This document shows, piece after piece, positions 1 to 9,327 of a DNA stretch of 64,000 nucleotides. Every line of letters starts with the position of its first letter. Position 1 is the stretch's first letter. The position numbers and the translations under genes were made by a program. This stretch comes from Granulicella sp. (GTDB lineage: Bacteria; Acidobacteriota; Terriglobia; Terriglobales; Acidobacteriaceae). The DNA is taken from contig DAHWNL010000006.1 in the NCBI GenBank assembly GCA_027339965.1, forward strand, positions 32,001 through 96,000, written 5' to 3'. The notes beneath the pieces are model-generated. The model was not told the DNA's origin, did no database searches, and saw only the letters and a list, made by a program, of their open reading frames with translations.

Positions 1-156
1 CCCGACATCGACAGGAAGATGAAGGAGCAGGAGTCAGCCCGCGGCATGGGAATGTTCCTGATTCAGTCCCTGGTCGACGAGGTCGAGTGGGTACGCTCAC
101 CGCCGGACGGAAGCTACGCTCGCATGGTGATTCATCTTCATCCGGCTGCTGTCTGA
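1..156 (+). CDS. C-terminal fragment of an anti-sigma factor / HATPase_c ATP-binding protein (RsbW/SpoIIAB-like), truncated by window start
   Basis: Frame 1 reads PDIDRKMKEQESARGMGMFLIQSLVDEVEWVRSPPDGSYARMVIHLHPAAV* (TGA 154-156). The RGMGMFLIxxLVDEV segment matches the G2 box of RsbW-like kinases. Confidence 0.75.
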   Translation, partial: PDIDRKMKEQESARGMGMFLIQSLVDEVEWVRSPPDGSYARMVIHLHPAAV

Positions 157-473
157 GCGTTGGTGGAAGACAAGGTTTCTGCTCAAGAGCCACCGCCGCC
201 CAGCGCGCATCTCGGCACCCGCTCGACGCTTTGCCGGACATGACTTTGTGCTCTGGCGCGTTACCCAAAAGACGCAGGCAGGCGTTTTACTGGAAGGGCC
301 TGGCTCGGATCTGCTCAATAGCCTGCAGAGGTTGAACGCGCAGAGGAAGCCACGCCACAAAAACTTCTTTCCGCAGGACGCCGGACGAGATCAAGGCGGA
401 GGGTCGCTCCAGGACGCAGATATTCGGTCGCCGGCAGGCGCCCCGAAAGGTCCGAAGAACGATTCTGTGCCGG

Positions 474-1163
474 CTAGAGTCCATCCAGAACACTCCGCAT
501 CACCGTCTCCAGCGCGGCGAGCGCTCTGGCGCTGTTGCGGCCCAACACCAGCGCCTGCCGCCATTGTTTCGGATGCAGCGCTGTGTGCAGCGCAAAGGCG
601 CCGGTGCGGAAGGTTCCCAGTTCTCCCGCAAATGCCTGTAACGAACTCACCTCCATATCGCTCTCGTCTGAAATCGCTTTGATAGCTCGAAATCGCAGTC
701 CCAGTTCCTGTGCCATCCGGGCTACCGAGGCCGCTTCCATATCCACCATCGCCGCTCCAAAACGCTTGGCCAGCTCTGCCTTCTGCTGGACACCCGCAAC
801 GCAATCCGTCGTGGCCAGAACCACCTCCGTCGCCGTACCCTGCGTTCCGCTGGTAGCAAACCGCTCCTCCGTTCCAGCATCTACCACCCAACCTGCTTCC
901 AGAACCGAGCCTGCAGTCAGGCCGGGAGCACACCCTCCAGCCAGCCCCGCGGAAACAAGCGTTTCCACGTTGCTCTGGCTCACTACGGCCTCCACGGCCG
1001 CGATCGCCCGCTCAGCCCCCATCCCCGCAGCCACAACCACCGCTCCGTGAAGACGGTAGAGCCAAACGCCGCGTTTTACCCACAGAGGGTCTGGCCGAAC
1101 TGCCCGAACCAGGCCAGCCACTTCGCGTGGCAGTGCGGCAATCACAGCCATTTTTGATCTCAT
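474..1163 (-). CDS. Nucleoside phosphorylase family protein (PNP_UDP_1 / MTA-SAH nucleosidase-like, HpnG-like)
   Basis: Motifs AVIAALPRE, AGMG, SAGLAGG, VDMEAA and KAISD. Start taken at ATG 1163 (alternative 1151), not the long ORF start. Confidence 0.8.
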   Translation of the reverse strand: MRSKMAVIAALPREVAGLVRAVRPDPLWVKRGVWLYRLHGAVVVAAGMGAERAIAAVEAVVSQSNVETLVSAGLAGGCAPGLTAGSVLEAGWVVDAGTEERFATSGTQGTATEVVLATTDCVAGVQQKAELAKRFGAAMVDMEAASVARMAQELGLRFRAIKAISDESDMEVSSLQAFAGELGTFRTGAFALHTALHPKQWRQALVLGRNSARALAALETVMRSVLDGL

Positions 1164-1235
1164 GTGAGCGGTGCTGGACGCTGTCATCGGCCTCTTCATC
1201 ATAACGGCAGACGCCATTCGCTCTCGAAAAGCCTC

Positions 1236-1276
1236 GCGTTCAGCGACACAGGAGATGCGTTCAGCGACACAGGAGA
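1236..1276. repeat. Perfect 20-bp direct repeat, period 21 (gcgttcagcgacacaggaga x2)
   Basis: Copies at 1236-1255 and 1257-1276 read directly from the sequence. Confidence 0.95.
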
Positions 1277-1428
1277 GAATGACACGGAGCAGCGGCCTCC
1301 ATCCCTGGCGTCTCCGATGGCTTCGAGATGGATCTCGCGGGTTGAAGACGGAGGGACGGTGCTGCTTGCCGGGGAGGATTGAATACAGGCAGGCAGTTCG
1401 GGCGAGAGTGCGATCGCGCATTCATCGA

Positions 1429-1450
1429 AAATCCCGAAATCCCGAAATCC
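1429..1450. repeat. 8-bp tandem repeat (aaatcccg)x2.75
   Basis: aaatcccg aaatcccg aaatcc. Confidence 0.9.
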
Positions 1451-1632
1451 ACAAAGGCTGACCGAGACGCGGAAGCTCGTAAAACCGTGGAGCGGGTAGA
1501 CAAGCGATCCGATCAGTTCCTGGCTCGCAGTGGACCATCTGCAGAGCTGAATTCGCCTCGTCGCTGCAACGCGGAGTGAATCCGGAACTTCTGCCTGGAA
1601 GACCGCAAGCCGGAACGGCAAGGTCAGGCCTT

Positions 1633-1693
1633 GGTTGTCTGGCTTGGGTTGTCCGGTTGGGAATGTCAGGCTGCGAATGTCGGGCTGCGAATG
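1633..1693. repeat. Degenerate 14-bp tandem repeat, about 4.4 units
   Basis: ggttgtctggcttg / ggttgtccggttgg / gaatgtcaggctgc / gaatgtcgggctgc / gaatg. Confidence 0.85.
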
Positions 1694-1706
1694 CGTGCTC
1701 GGACAG

Positions 1707-1758
1707 TTGACAGACGATATCCAAAAAGCAGATATTAGGCGATGCACAATCGTTTGCG
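1707..1758 (+). promoter_or_regulatory. Candidate sigma70 promoter and LacI-type operator of the GH39 cluster
   Basis: TTGACA at 1707-1712, GATATT at 1731-1736, then tgcacAATCGTTTGCg at 1743-1758 with the central CG typical of LacI-family sites. Confidence 0.4.
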
Positions 1759-1857
1759 GCATAACACCGTTCAAGTCGATTGGGACCCCACCCAGGATCC
1801 CTCTCTTCGCTCTGCAGGGGACGTCAGGATGGTCCGCAACATCACGGAGGATTTTCG

Positions 1858-3360
1858 ATGTACCGCTGGCTCCGCTACACTCTTTTCGGCCTCTTCGTGG
1901 CGTTTCCTTCCTGCTCAATCCTTCGCGCTCAATCCATGCAGCAAGTCGCCATCGACGCGGATGCCGCTACTACCCCATTTCCTCACTTCTGGGAGCAGAT
2001 CTTCGGCTCCGGACACGCCATCCTCAGCCTACGGGAGTCCTATCGCAATGACATCCGATCCGTTCACCAGGTTGCTGACTTTCGCTACGTCCGGTTTCAC
2101 GGAATCCTCGACGATGAGGTGGGGCTCTACAACGAAGACCCGCGCGGAAATCCCGTCTACAACTTCTCCTACGTCGATCAGATTTACGACGGTCTGCTCC
2201 AGAGTGGAGTCCGTCCGGTGGTGGAGCTGAGTTTCATGCCCCGGAAGCTGGCCTTTAACCCTCGTGATCTGCACGTCTTCTGGTACCACCCGGACGTCTC
2301 GCCGCCCAAAAGCTGGGATCTGTGGGATGACATGATCACGCATCTGGCCCGGCATCTGGTAGACCGCTACGGAATTGAAGAAGTCTCGCAGTGGTATTTC
2401 GAGATCTGGAATGAGCCCAACATCGACTTCTGGGGGGGTATACCCCGTCAGCAGAGCTACTTCGAGCTTTACGACCACACCGCCCAGGACTTGAAACGCG
2501 TCAGCCCGCGGCTGCGCGTGGGAGGGCCGGCGACCGCTGCCGCCTCCTGGATTCCAGCCTTCCTTGCCCACGCCGCCTCCGCGCACGTACCCGTCGACTT
2601 CGTCTCCACGCATGGCTACGCCGACGACACGGTGCAAAACCTTTTCCATACCGATGAGAAGATTCCCCAGGATGACCGCGTTTGCCGCGCTGTCGCCAAG
2701 GTCCGCAAGCAGATCAATGCCTCCCCCATGCCCCACCTCCCTCTGCTCTGGACGGAGTGGAACGTGATTGGAGCCGACGATGCACGCGATACAACCTATG
2801 TTGGCCCGGCTCTGGCGAATACTATTCGCGAGTGTGCCGGCAATGTTACCGAGATGTCGTTCTGGACCTTCGACGACGTCTTTGAAGAGAACGGCCCCAT
2901 TGGAAAGCCCTTCGAGGGCAACTTTGGCCTGATCGCCAAAGGTGGCATTTACAAGCCGAGCTACTACGACTTTGGGCTGCTCCACCAGCTCGGCGAGCGC
3001 CGCATCGCGAACAACTCGAAAGATCTGATCATCACCAAGACGGCTGACGGTGGGCTGGCCATCGCCGCCTGGAACCTTGTCGATCCCGGCAATCATGGGA
3101 CCATGCAGACCATGGATCTCCACTTCCGGGGAGTCCCTGCGGAAGCCGCCGTCACGATGCAGCGCGTCGACGCCAACCATGGAAACGTGCTTCCCAAATA
3201 CGCCGCCATGGGCAGCCCCGTGGATCCTACACCGGCGCAGGTCAACCGACTCAATCGCGAGACTGCCCTGAGAGCCCCCGAGCAGACCCAACTGCACAAC
3301 GGAAGACTCACCCTCCACTTGAGTCCCAACTCTCTTTTCCTCATCAAGGTCCAGCCATGA
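1858..3360 (+). CDS. GH39 glycoside hydrolase (beta-xylosidase family), secreted
   Basis: YVRFHGILDD, acid/base WNEP, FVSTHGY and nucleophile TEW; signal peptide; GGAGG RBS before ATG 1858. Confidence 0.9.
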   Translation: MYRWLRYTLFGLFVAFPSCSILRAQSMQQVAIDADAATTPFPHFWEQIFGSGHAILSLRESYRNDIRSVHQVADFRYVRFHGILDDEVGLYNEDPRGNPVYNFSYVDQIYDGLLQSGVRPVVELSFMPRKLAFNPRDLHVFWYHPDVSPPKSWDLWDDMITHLARHLVDRYGIEEVSQWYFEIWNEPNIDFWGGIPRQQSYFELYDHTAQDLKRVSPRLRVGGPATAAASWIPAFLAHAASAHVPVDFVSTHGYADDTVQNLFHTDEKIPQDDRVCRAVAKVRKQINASPMPHLPLLWTEWNVIGADDARDTTYVGPALANTIRECAGNVTEMSFWTFDDVFEENGPIGKPFEGNFGLIAKGGIYKPSYYDFGLLHQLGERRIANNSKDLIITKTADGGLAIAAWNLVDPGNHGTMQTMDLHFRGVPAEAAVTMQRVDANHGNVLPKYAAMGSPVDPTPAQVNRLNRETALRAPEQTQLHNGRLTLHLSPNSLFLIKVQP

Positions 3361-5015
3361 TAAAGACTCGCTCCATCTCCGTCCGTGTCCATGCCAAACA
3401 GCACGCCTTCGCAGCCAGGGCAATGGAACTCTTCGTCCTCCTCATGGTCGGTTTGATCTCTTTCGGGGCACCGGCGCAGGACGAGCGCCCCGCGTCTCCA
3501 CCGGCTGCCGCTCCGGTTCGGCTGGTCATCGATGCGGATGGCCCCACGACTCCGTTTCCTCATTTCTGGGAGCAGACCTTCGGCTCGGGCCACGCCATTC
3601 TGGCTCTTCGCGCCAGCTACCGCGAAGATCTTCACACCGTCAAGCTGGCGACGAACTTCCAATCCATCCGCTTCCACGGCATTCTGGATGACGAAGTCGG
3701 TCTCTACGATCCCGGCCGCCAGACCAAAAATCCGGGGCTGGCGGCGCAGAGCGCTGATGACGCCTCGATCTACAACTTCTTTTACATCGACGAGATCTAC
3801 GACGGTCTACTGGCGGAGCACGTTAAGCCCTTCGTTGAACTTAGCTTCATGCCGAAGAAGATGGCCCAGAATCCCTCCCTGGTGCAGGCCTTTTTTTACC
3901 ACCCCAATGTCTCTCCTCCTAAGGACTACGCCCTCTGGGACGACATGATTCGAGCCCTTGCCAGCCACCTGATCGAGCGTTACGGCATCGATGAGGTCGC
4001 TACCTGGAAGTTCGAGGTCTGGAATGAACCGAATCTGGATTTCTGGGGCGGACGGCCTCGCCGGCAAACCTACTTTGAGATGTACGACCATACCGCGCGC
4101 ACGCTCAAGTCCGTTTCGCCGCGCCTTCAGGTCGGAGGACCCGCAACCGCCCAGGCTGCCTGGATCACTCCCTTCCTCGCCTGGGTCAGCGCCCACCATA
4201 CACCCATCGACTTCGTCTCAACCCATGTCTACGGCAACGACACCTCGGAAACTGTCTTTCACACCCAGGAGACCGTCCCCCGCAGGCTGATGGTGTATCG
4301 CGCGGTCAAGATGGTGCACGAGGAAATTCTCCATTCCCCCTACCCGCATCTTCCTCTGATCTTCTCCGAGTACAACGCCAGCTACGCCAATGAACCAAAC
4401 GTCACCGACTCGGTCTACATGGGGCCCTGGCTGGCGAACACGATTCGCCTTTGCGACGGCCTGACCCAAAGCATGGACTACTGGGACTTCTCCGACGTCT
4501 TTGAAGAACAGGGAGTCGTTCACACACCCTTCTACGGCGGCTTTGGATTGATCGCCGCCGAACACATCCCCAAACCGGCCCTCAATGCCTTCCGCGCCCT
4601 CCACCAGCTTGGTGATCGCCGCCTTGAGGTTGACTCCGACTCCATTCTCGCCACCCGAACGGCGGACGGCCGTCTGGTGCTGGCGCTCTGGGATTACGCT
4701 CCACCCTCTGGCTCAGGTCCTGCCTACACATGGCCCAGGGGGCCAGCGGGGCCTGCCAAGAGATTCTCCCTCAGCTTCCGCAACCTTCCCCCGAATGCCG
4801 AGGTGGAAGTCCTCCGCGTCGACCCCGATCACGGCAATGTGCTCAAGGCGTTCGACGCCATGGGCCGCCCACCCGGAGACATGACTCCCGCACGTGTCGC
4901 GAAACTTCGCGCCGCCGGCGCCATGGCGCCCGCCGAGCACCTTCACCTGCAAAGCGGGAGACTCAGCCTTTCCGTCCCTGCGCATGGGCTGGCCGTTGTC
5001 CTGCTCGGAAGATAA
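3357..5015 (+). CDS. GH39 glycoside hydrolase, second paralog, secreted
   Basis: IRFHGILDD, WNEP, FVSTHVY, SEY and FSDVFEE; ATGA overlap with the upstream gene. Confidence 0.9.
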   Translation: MIKTRSISVRVHAKQHAFAARAMELFVLLMVGLISFGAPAQDERPASPPAAAPVRLVIDADGPTTPFPHFWEQTFGSGHAILALRASYREDLHTVKLATNFQSIRFHGILDDEVGLYDPGRQTKNPGLAAQSADDASIYNFFYIDEIYDGLLAEHVKPFVELSFMPKKMAQNPSLVQAFFYHPNVSPPKDYALWDDMIRALASHLIERYGIDEVATWKFEVWNEPNLDFWGGRPRRQTYFEMYDHTARTLKSVSPRLQVGGPATAQAAWITPFLAWVSAHHTPIDFVSTHVYGNDTSETVFHTQETVPRRLMVYRAVKMVHEEILHSPYPHLPLIFSEYNASYANEPNVTDSVYMGPWLANTIRLCDGLTQSMDYWDFSDVFEEQGVVHTPFYGGFGLIAAEHIPKPALNAFRALHQLGDRRLEVDSDSILATRTADGRLVLALWDYAPPSGSGPAYTWPRGPAGPAKRFSLSFRNLPPNAEVEVLRVDPDHGNVLKAFDAMGRPPGDMTPARVAKLRAAGAMAPAEHLHLQSGRLSLSVPAHGLAVVLLGR

Positions 5016-5069
5016 CAATCACCATCGCCTGGAGTCTCTCACCCAGGACCGCCCCGAGGAGGTTTCAGG

Positions 5070-6434
5070 ATGCAACGGCGTGACTGCCTCAAGCTTCTGG
5101 CCGGCGCTGCTCTCCTGCCCGGCATCAGAACGCCGGCCCCGGTCGCGCTGGCGCAAACTCTTGGCCGCGCCACATCGGCAACAGATTGGCCACTCACTGC
5201 GGAGAAGGTGGTCTCCTACACGCTCACCCCGGCTGATGAAGCCTTTCTGGATGAGATGGAGCGCCGCGCGTGCCTTTACTTCATCGAGCAGGCCGGCCCT
5301 GCCACGGGTCAGGTTCTTGACCGCGCTGCCAACCACTCCAACGGTCGGCTCGATCCCCGTCCCATGGCCTCCATCGCCGCCACCGGCTTTGGCCTGACGG
5401 CTCTTTGTATCGCAGACCAGCGCGGCTACCAACCCCATGCTCAACTCCGGGAGCAGGTCCGCCGCACACTGCATTTTCATGCGCACACCCTGCCCAACGT
5501 CCACGGGTTCTACTATCACTTCAATGACGTCCAGACCGGGGCTCGCTTCCGGCAAGTTGAGGTCTCCTCCATCGATACCTCTCTTCTGCTCTGCGCCGTG
5601 CTCACCGCCCGCGCACACTTCCATCAGGATGCCGAGATCCAGCAGCTCGCCACTCTGATCTACAACCGGGTGGACTGGCCCTGGATGCTCGATGGTCCGG
5701 TGAACGACAAAGCCACCTTTTCCATGGGCTGGACACCGGAGTCTGGCTTTCTGCATGCCCGTTGGAAGACTTACTGTGAGCTGATGATGATCTACCTGCT
5801 GGCGATCGGCTCACCCACCCACCCCATCCCTGCCGGCTGCTGGTACGCATGGTCCCGGCCGGTGATTCACTACGATGGGCTCTCCTACATCAGCGGCAAC
5901 GATCCTATCTTCACCGAGCAGTACAGCCAGGCATGGTTCGACTTCCGCCATCAACGCGATCGCTATGCCAACTACTTCGATAACTCCATCACCGCGACCC
6001 GAGCCCACCAGGCCTTCTGCCTCTCCTTGGGAAAACCGTACGCGCGCGACTACTGGGGGATCAGCGCCTCCGACTCCGCCCATGGCTATACGGCCTGGGG
6101 AGGACCGGACGCGGAAGGCCATGGGTTCGGAGGCATCGACGGCTCCGTGGTACCTAATGCCACGGCCGGATCCCTGCCCTTCCTGCCCGAGGCCTGCCTG
6201 CACGTGCAGATCTCGCTCAAAGCCAGCTTCGGCAATCAAGCCTGGGGCAGGTACGGATTCTGCGACGCCTTCCACCCCGAAGCCAACTGGTACGATCCGG
6301 ATGTTCTGGGCATCGACCTGGGAATTAGCGTGTTGATGGCGGAAAACCTGCGCTCCGGATTCGTCTGGGAGACCTTCTCTCGCAACCCCGAGGTCTCTCT
6401 GGCCATGCAGCGGGCGGGATTCCACACCGCATAG
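5070..6434 (+). CDS. Glycoamylase-family (GH144-like, putative beta-1,2-glucanase) protein, Tat-exported
   Basis: MQRRDCLK Tat motif; SIAATGFGL, GFYYHF, EVSSIDTS, YWGISASD, YGFCDAF and LGIDLG are typical of this family. Confidence 0.8.
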   Translation: MQRRDCLKLLAGAALLPGIRTPAPVALAQTLGRATSATDWPLTAEKVVSYTLTPADEAFLDEMERRACLYFIEQAGPATGQVLDRAANHSNGRLDPRPMASIAATGFGLTALCIADQRGYQPHAQLREQVRRTLHFHAHTLPNVHGFYYHFNDVQTGARFRQVEVSSIDTSLLLCAVLTARAHFHQDAEIQQLATLIYNRVDWPWMLDGPVNDKATFSMGWTPESGFLHARWKTYCELMMIYLLAIGSPTHPIPAGCWYAWSRPVIHYDGLSYISGNDPIFTEQYSQAWFDFRHQRDRYANYFDNSITATRAHQAFCLSLGKPYARDYWGISASDSAHGYTAWGGPDAEGHGFGGIDGSVVPNATAGSLPFLPEACLHVQISLKASFGNQAWGRYGFCDAFHPEANWYDPDVLGIDLGISVLMAENLRSGFVWETFSRNPEVSLAMQRAGFHTA

Positions 6435-6546
6435 AGCGGTCCTTCTCTCGGGGATGATGTGCCTGGTCACGATCAGAACACCACAAGCAGACCTCTGCAG
6501 AAGCCCCATCCCCTCGAAGAGCTCTCCTACATCGAACAGTGGACCG

Positions 6547-8586
6547 CTATCGCCTCGCCTTGGTTGTTTTGGCCGTACTGCCAGACTTGGGTTTGACTTT
6601 GACAGCGCGCTTGCCTGAAGCCGGTCTGACTGCGGGCTTGCTCTTGGCCGCGCCGACGCCAGGCTTCTTCAACGGGGCCGTCCCCTTCTGGTTCTTGGCC
6701 GCAGCCGGCTTTCCTTGAGCAGCCTTCCCCACAGGTTGCCGGCCGGAAGCCGCCTGCGCCAGCGGCTTCTTCTGCGCAACGGACTTCCTTGAGGACTTCT
6801 TCAGGACAGGTTTCGCCACAGCTTTCTTCACCATCGGCTTCGAGACAGTCTTCTTGATCAGCTTGTTGGCGAGGGCCGCCTTCACCGCCGGTTTGGGCAG
6901 ATTTTTCTTTGCAACTTTCTTTGCAAGAACCTTTTTTACCAGAGATTTATCTGCCTTCTTCTGCGGCGAAGGTTTAATTTCCGTCTTAAAGTCTGACTTC
7001 CCTGTGGACTGGTTGACGGGAGCTGGAGCGGAGATCTTCTCAGCGAGTTTGGCACCGGCAACAGCAGGCTTCCCTTGAAGATCCTTTCCGGTCGCCGCAG
7101 CCGCCGGCTTGACCGGAACGGCAGGCTTGGCGGTGGTCTGCGGCCGTGCCGCGGCCGTCTCGGCAGGCGCTATTCCTGTCGGAGCTTGCTGCTCTGCGGC
7201 CGCCGCCAGGGTCAACCCTTCTTGAGCCTCCGTCGGCTTCTTGCCGCGCGGCTTGGTCATCTTGGCCTCGCGCTTTACGGCCTTCCTCCGAATGGGAGCG
7301 GAGGGAGCCGGAGCCGGCGGAGAGTAGGGCTCCAGAAAAGCTCGGATCGCCTCCGGAGTCTCCAGCTTGCCGTCCATCATGGAATAAAAGAGCCTCTCCA
7401 CAAGCTCGCCGTACTCCGGCAGGGCAGGGGTGATACGCATCTCCTGCATGACCTGGTAAGGAATCTTCTGCCGAGCCTGGGCCCACTCGTTGAAGAACGC
7501 ATCCAGCCGCTCCTTGACAGTGGCGCTCTTGTTGCTATGCGCCAGCCACAACACCGCCTCCGGCTTGGCTGCAAACAGCATCTTCCACGCATCGGATGGC
7601 GCTGCGGCGGCCTTGCTGCCAAATAGAGTGGCAAATGCTTTGGTATCCGCCTCCAAAGCCTCAATCTGCTCGACAAATCCAGGCCGGGCAAAGCTCTTCT
7701 TGAGGCCCGCCACTTCCTTGGAGCCCAGCTTCGCCGTCAGCAGGGGAAAATATGCCGCCGAAGGCTCGGGATAGATCCCCATCGTCTCCAGCCGTCCCAC
7801 CGTATCCCGCAGTCTGTCCAGTTCTGCCTCATTCACCTTTGCTGAACTCCAGGCCGAAGAGAGCACTGAGGCCCAGCCTTCCGCCTCTAGGTGGCGCAGA
7901 ACCCGAAGAGGATCTTCCTCGTGGAAGACCTCTTCCAGCTCATAGTGCTTCAGCCATGGCTGCAGAGCCGCGATCGCGTTCTCCGCCTTGGCGTTCTCAT
8001 AGCGCTGCCGCGTCTTCTCTTCCATCTGCCAACCCAGCCGCGCCGTCAATCGCGCCGCCCGGATCATCCGCGAAGGGTCTTCCAGAAAACCATAGTTGGA
8101 CACCAGCCGCAGTTCGCGGTTTTCGATGTCCGCCACGCCGTTCAACGGATCCATCAGTAGCCCAAAGGAACCGTCATTGAGCGACAAGGCCATGGCATTG
8201 GCCGTAAAGTCCCTGCGATGCAAATCGTCCAGAATCGTCGCCGGCTTATAAACCGGCTTGCCCGGCTTGGGGTAACTGACGCTCAGCGTCGATCCCACTG
8301 ACAGCCGCACCCCTCTGGCAAAGGTGTAGTAAAGGCACTGAGTAGCCTCGTCTTCTCCAGCCAGGATACCCCCCGCCTTTTGCAACTCCTTGTTGAACTT
8401 AAGGGCGTTCCCTTGCACCACAAGATCAAGGTCGCGAATGGGAGCGCCGCTGATCAGGTCCCGCACCGCTCCGCCGACCAGAAAAACGGTCATCAGGCGC
8501 GCCTTGGCGACCTTGCGAACTTCTTCCAGGGCGGATTGCTGGGCAGAAGTCAAACGCGTTTGCAGCAAATAAATGTAGTCAGCCAT
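6547..8586 (-). CDS. Class II nucleotidyltransferase (CCA-adding enzyme / poly(A) polymerase family) with long Lys/Ala/Pro-rich C-terminal tail
   Basis: VGGAVRD..DLD, RRDFTANA, DPLNG and EDPSRMIRAAR motifs; the last ~255 aa are low complexity. Confidence 0.85.
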   Translation of the reverse strand: MADYIYLLQTRLTSAQQSALEEVRKVAKARLMTVFLVGGAVRDLISGAPIRDLDLVVQGNALKFNKELQKAGGILAGEDEATQCLYYTFARGVRLSVGSTLSVSYPKPGKPVYKPATILDDLHRRDFTANAMALSLNDGSFGLLMDPLNGVADIENRELRLVSNYGFLEDPSRMIRAARLTARLGWQMEEKTRQRYENAKAENAIAALQPWLKHYELEEVFHEEDPLRVLRHLEAEGWASVLSSAWSSAKVNEAELDRLRDTVGRLETMGIYPEPSAAYFPLLTAKLGSKEVAGLKKSFARPGFVEQIEALEADTKAFATLFGSKAAAAPSDAWKMLFAAKPEAVLWLAHSNKSATVKERLDAFFNEWAQARQKIPYQVMQEMRITPALPEYGELVERLFYSMMDGKLETPEAIRAFLEPYSPPAPAPSAPIRRKAVKREAKMTKPRGKKPTEAQEGLTLAAAAEQQAPTGIAPAETAAARPQTTAKPAVPVKPAAAATGKDLQGKPAVAGAKLAEKISAPAPVNQSTGKSDFKTEIKPSPQKKADKSLVKKVLAKKVAKKNLPKPAVKAALANKLIKKTVSKPMVKKAVAKPVLKKSSRKSVAQKKPLAQAASGRQPVGKAAQGKPAAAKNQKGTAPLKKPGVGAAKSKPAVRPASGKRAVKVKPKSGSTAKTTKARR

Positions 8587-8778
8587 AAAGGTAGAACTTC
8601 AAAGGGATGTACGTTGCTCCGGGCCGCCGCCATCATCCCGAGGCTTCAACCCTAACTCGCTGCATATGAATGGTTTACAAAGCTGTAATGCAAGGCCACA
8701 ACGTCCGATTCTACACTCTTTTGAATCTCTTGGCTACTCTTTTGCGCTATGATGGCTGCAGGACACGCTGTCCTCACC

Positions 8779-9306
8779 ATGGCGCTAGCTCAAAAGAAAG
8801 CGGTTCTTCGCTCCTTCGCCAACATCCTCACTTGGGGATACCTCCCTCAAACGGGCTTCCTGGTAGAAAATCAGATTCAGCTTATGAAAGTGGATGGGCG
8901 TATAACCACCATTACTCTAAGCGGTTTGAAGCATATTGCTTATGTAAAAGACTTTAATCTGGATGATGCATTCGATCCAGAACGGATCGGCCGCAGGGTC
9001 TTTCCAGCCCGTCCCCGTGGAGATGGGCTCTGGGTTCGGCTCACCCTCCGTGATCATGAAGTTCTGGAAGGGCTTGCCTCCTTGGATCTTGCCTCTCTCG
9101 ATTCTCTTGTGAAGGATCAAGGTCTCTTTCTCACCCCTCCCGATCTCCGCTCCAACACGCAGCGTCTCTTTATTCCTCGCCCTGCGCTCATCTCGGTTGA
9201 GGTTCTTGGGTTCGTCGCGGCTCCCTCCCGCCGTTCCTCCCTCTCTGCAGACCCGGCCAAACACAAGACGCTCCCCGGCGCGCAGCCAGGTCTTTTTGAC
9301 CAATAA
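8779..9306 (+). CDS. Hypothetical protein
   Basis: Compact globular-looking ORF (GRRVFPARPRGDGLW, FLTPPDLRSNTQRLFIP) filling the gap before lpxD. Confidence 0.7.
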   Translation: MALAQKKAVLRSFANILTWGYLPQTGFLVENQIQLMKVDGRITTITLSGLKHIAYVKDFNLDDAFDPERIGRRVFPARPRGDGLWVRLTLRDHEVLEGLASLDLASLDSLVKDQGLFLTPPDLRSNTQRLFIPRPALISVEVLGFVAAPSRRSSLSADPAKHKTLPGAQPGLFDQ

Positions 9307-9327
9307 AGGCCGAGTAAAATCAGATGC

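Noticed and set aside
157..473. Small gene or element junction after the anti-sigma factor fragment
   Set aside because: No convincing ORF, inverted repeats or att-like site.
1236..1693. Direct repeats as a possible CRISPR array
   Set aside because: Units are adjacent with no unique spacers, too short, and no cas genes are present.
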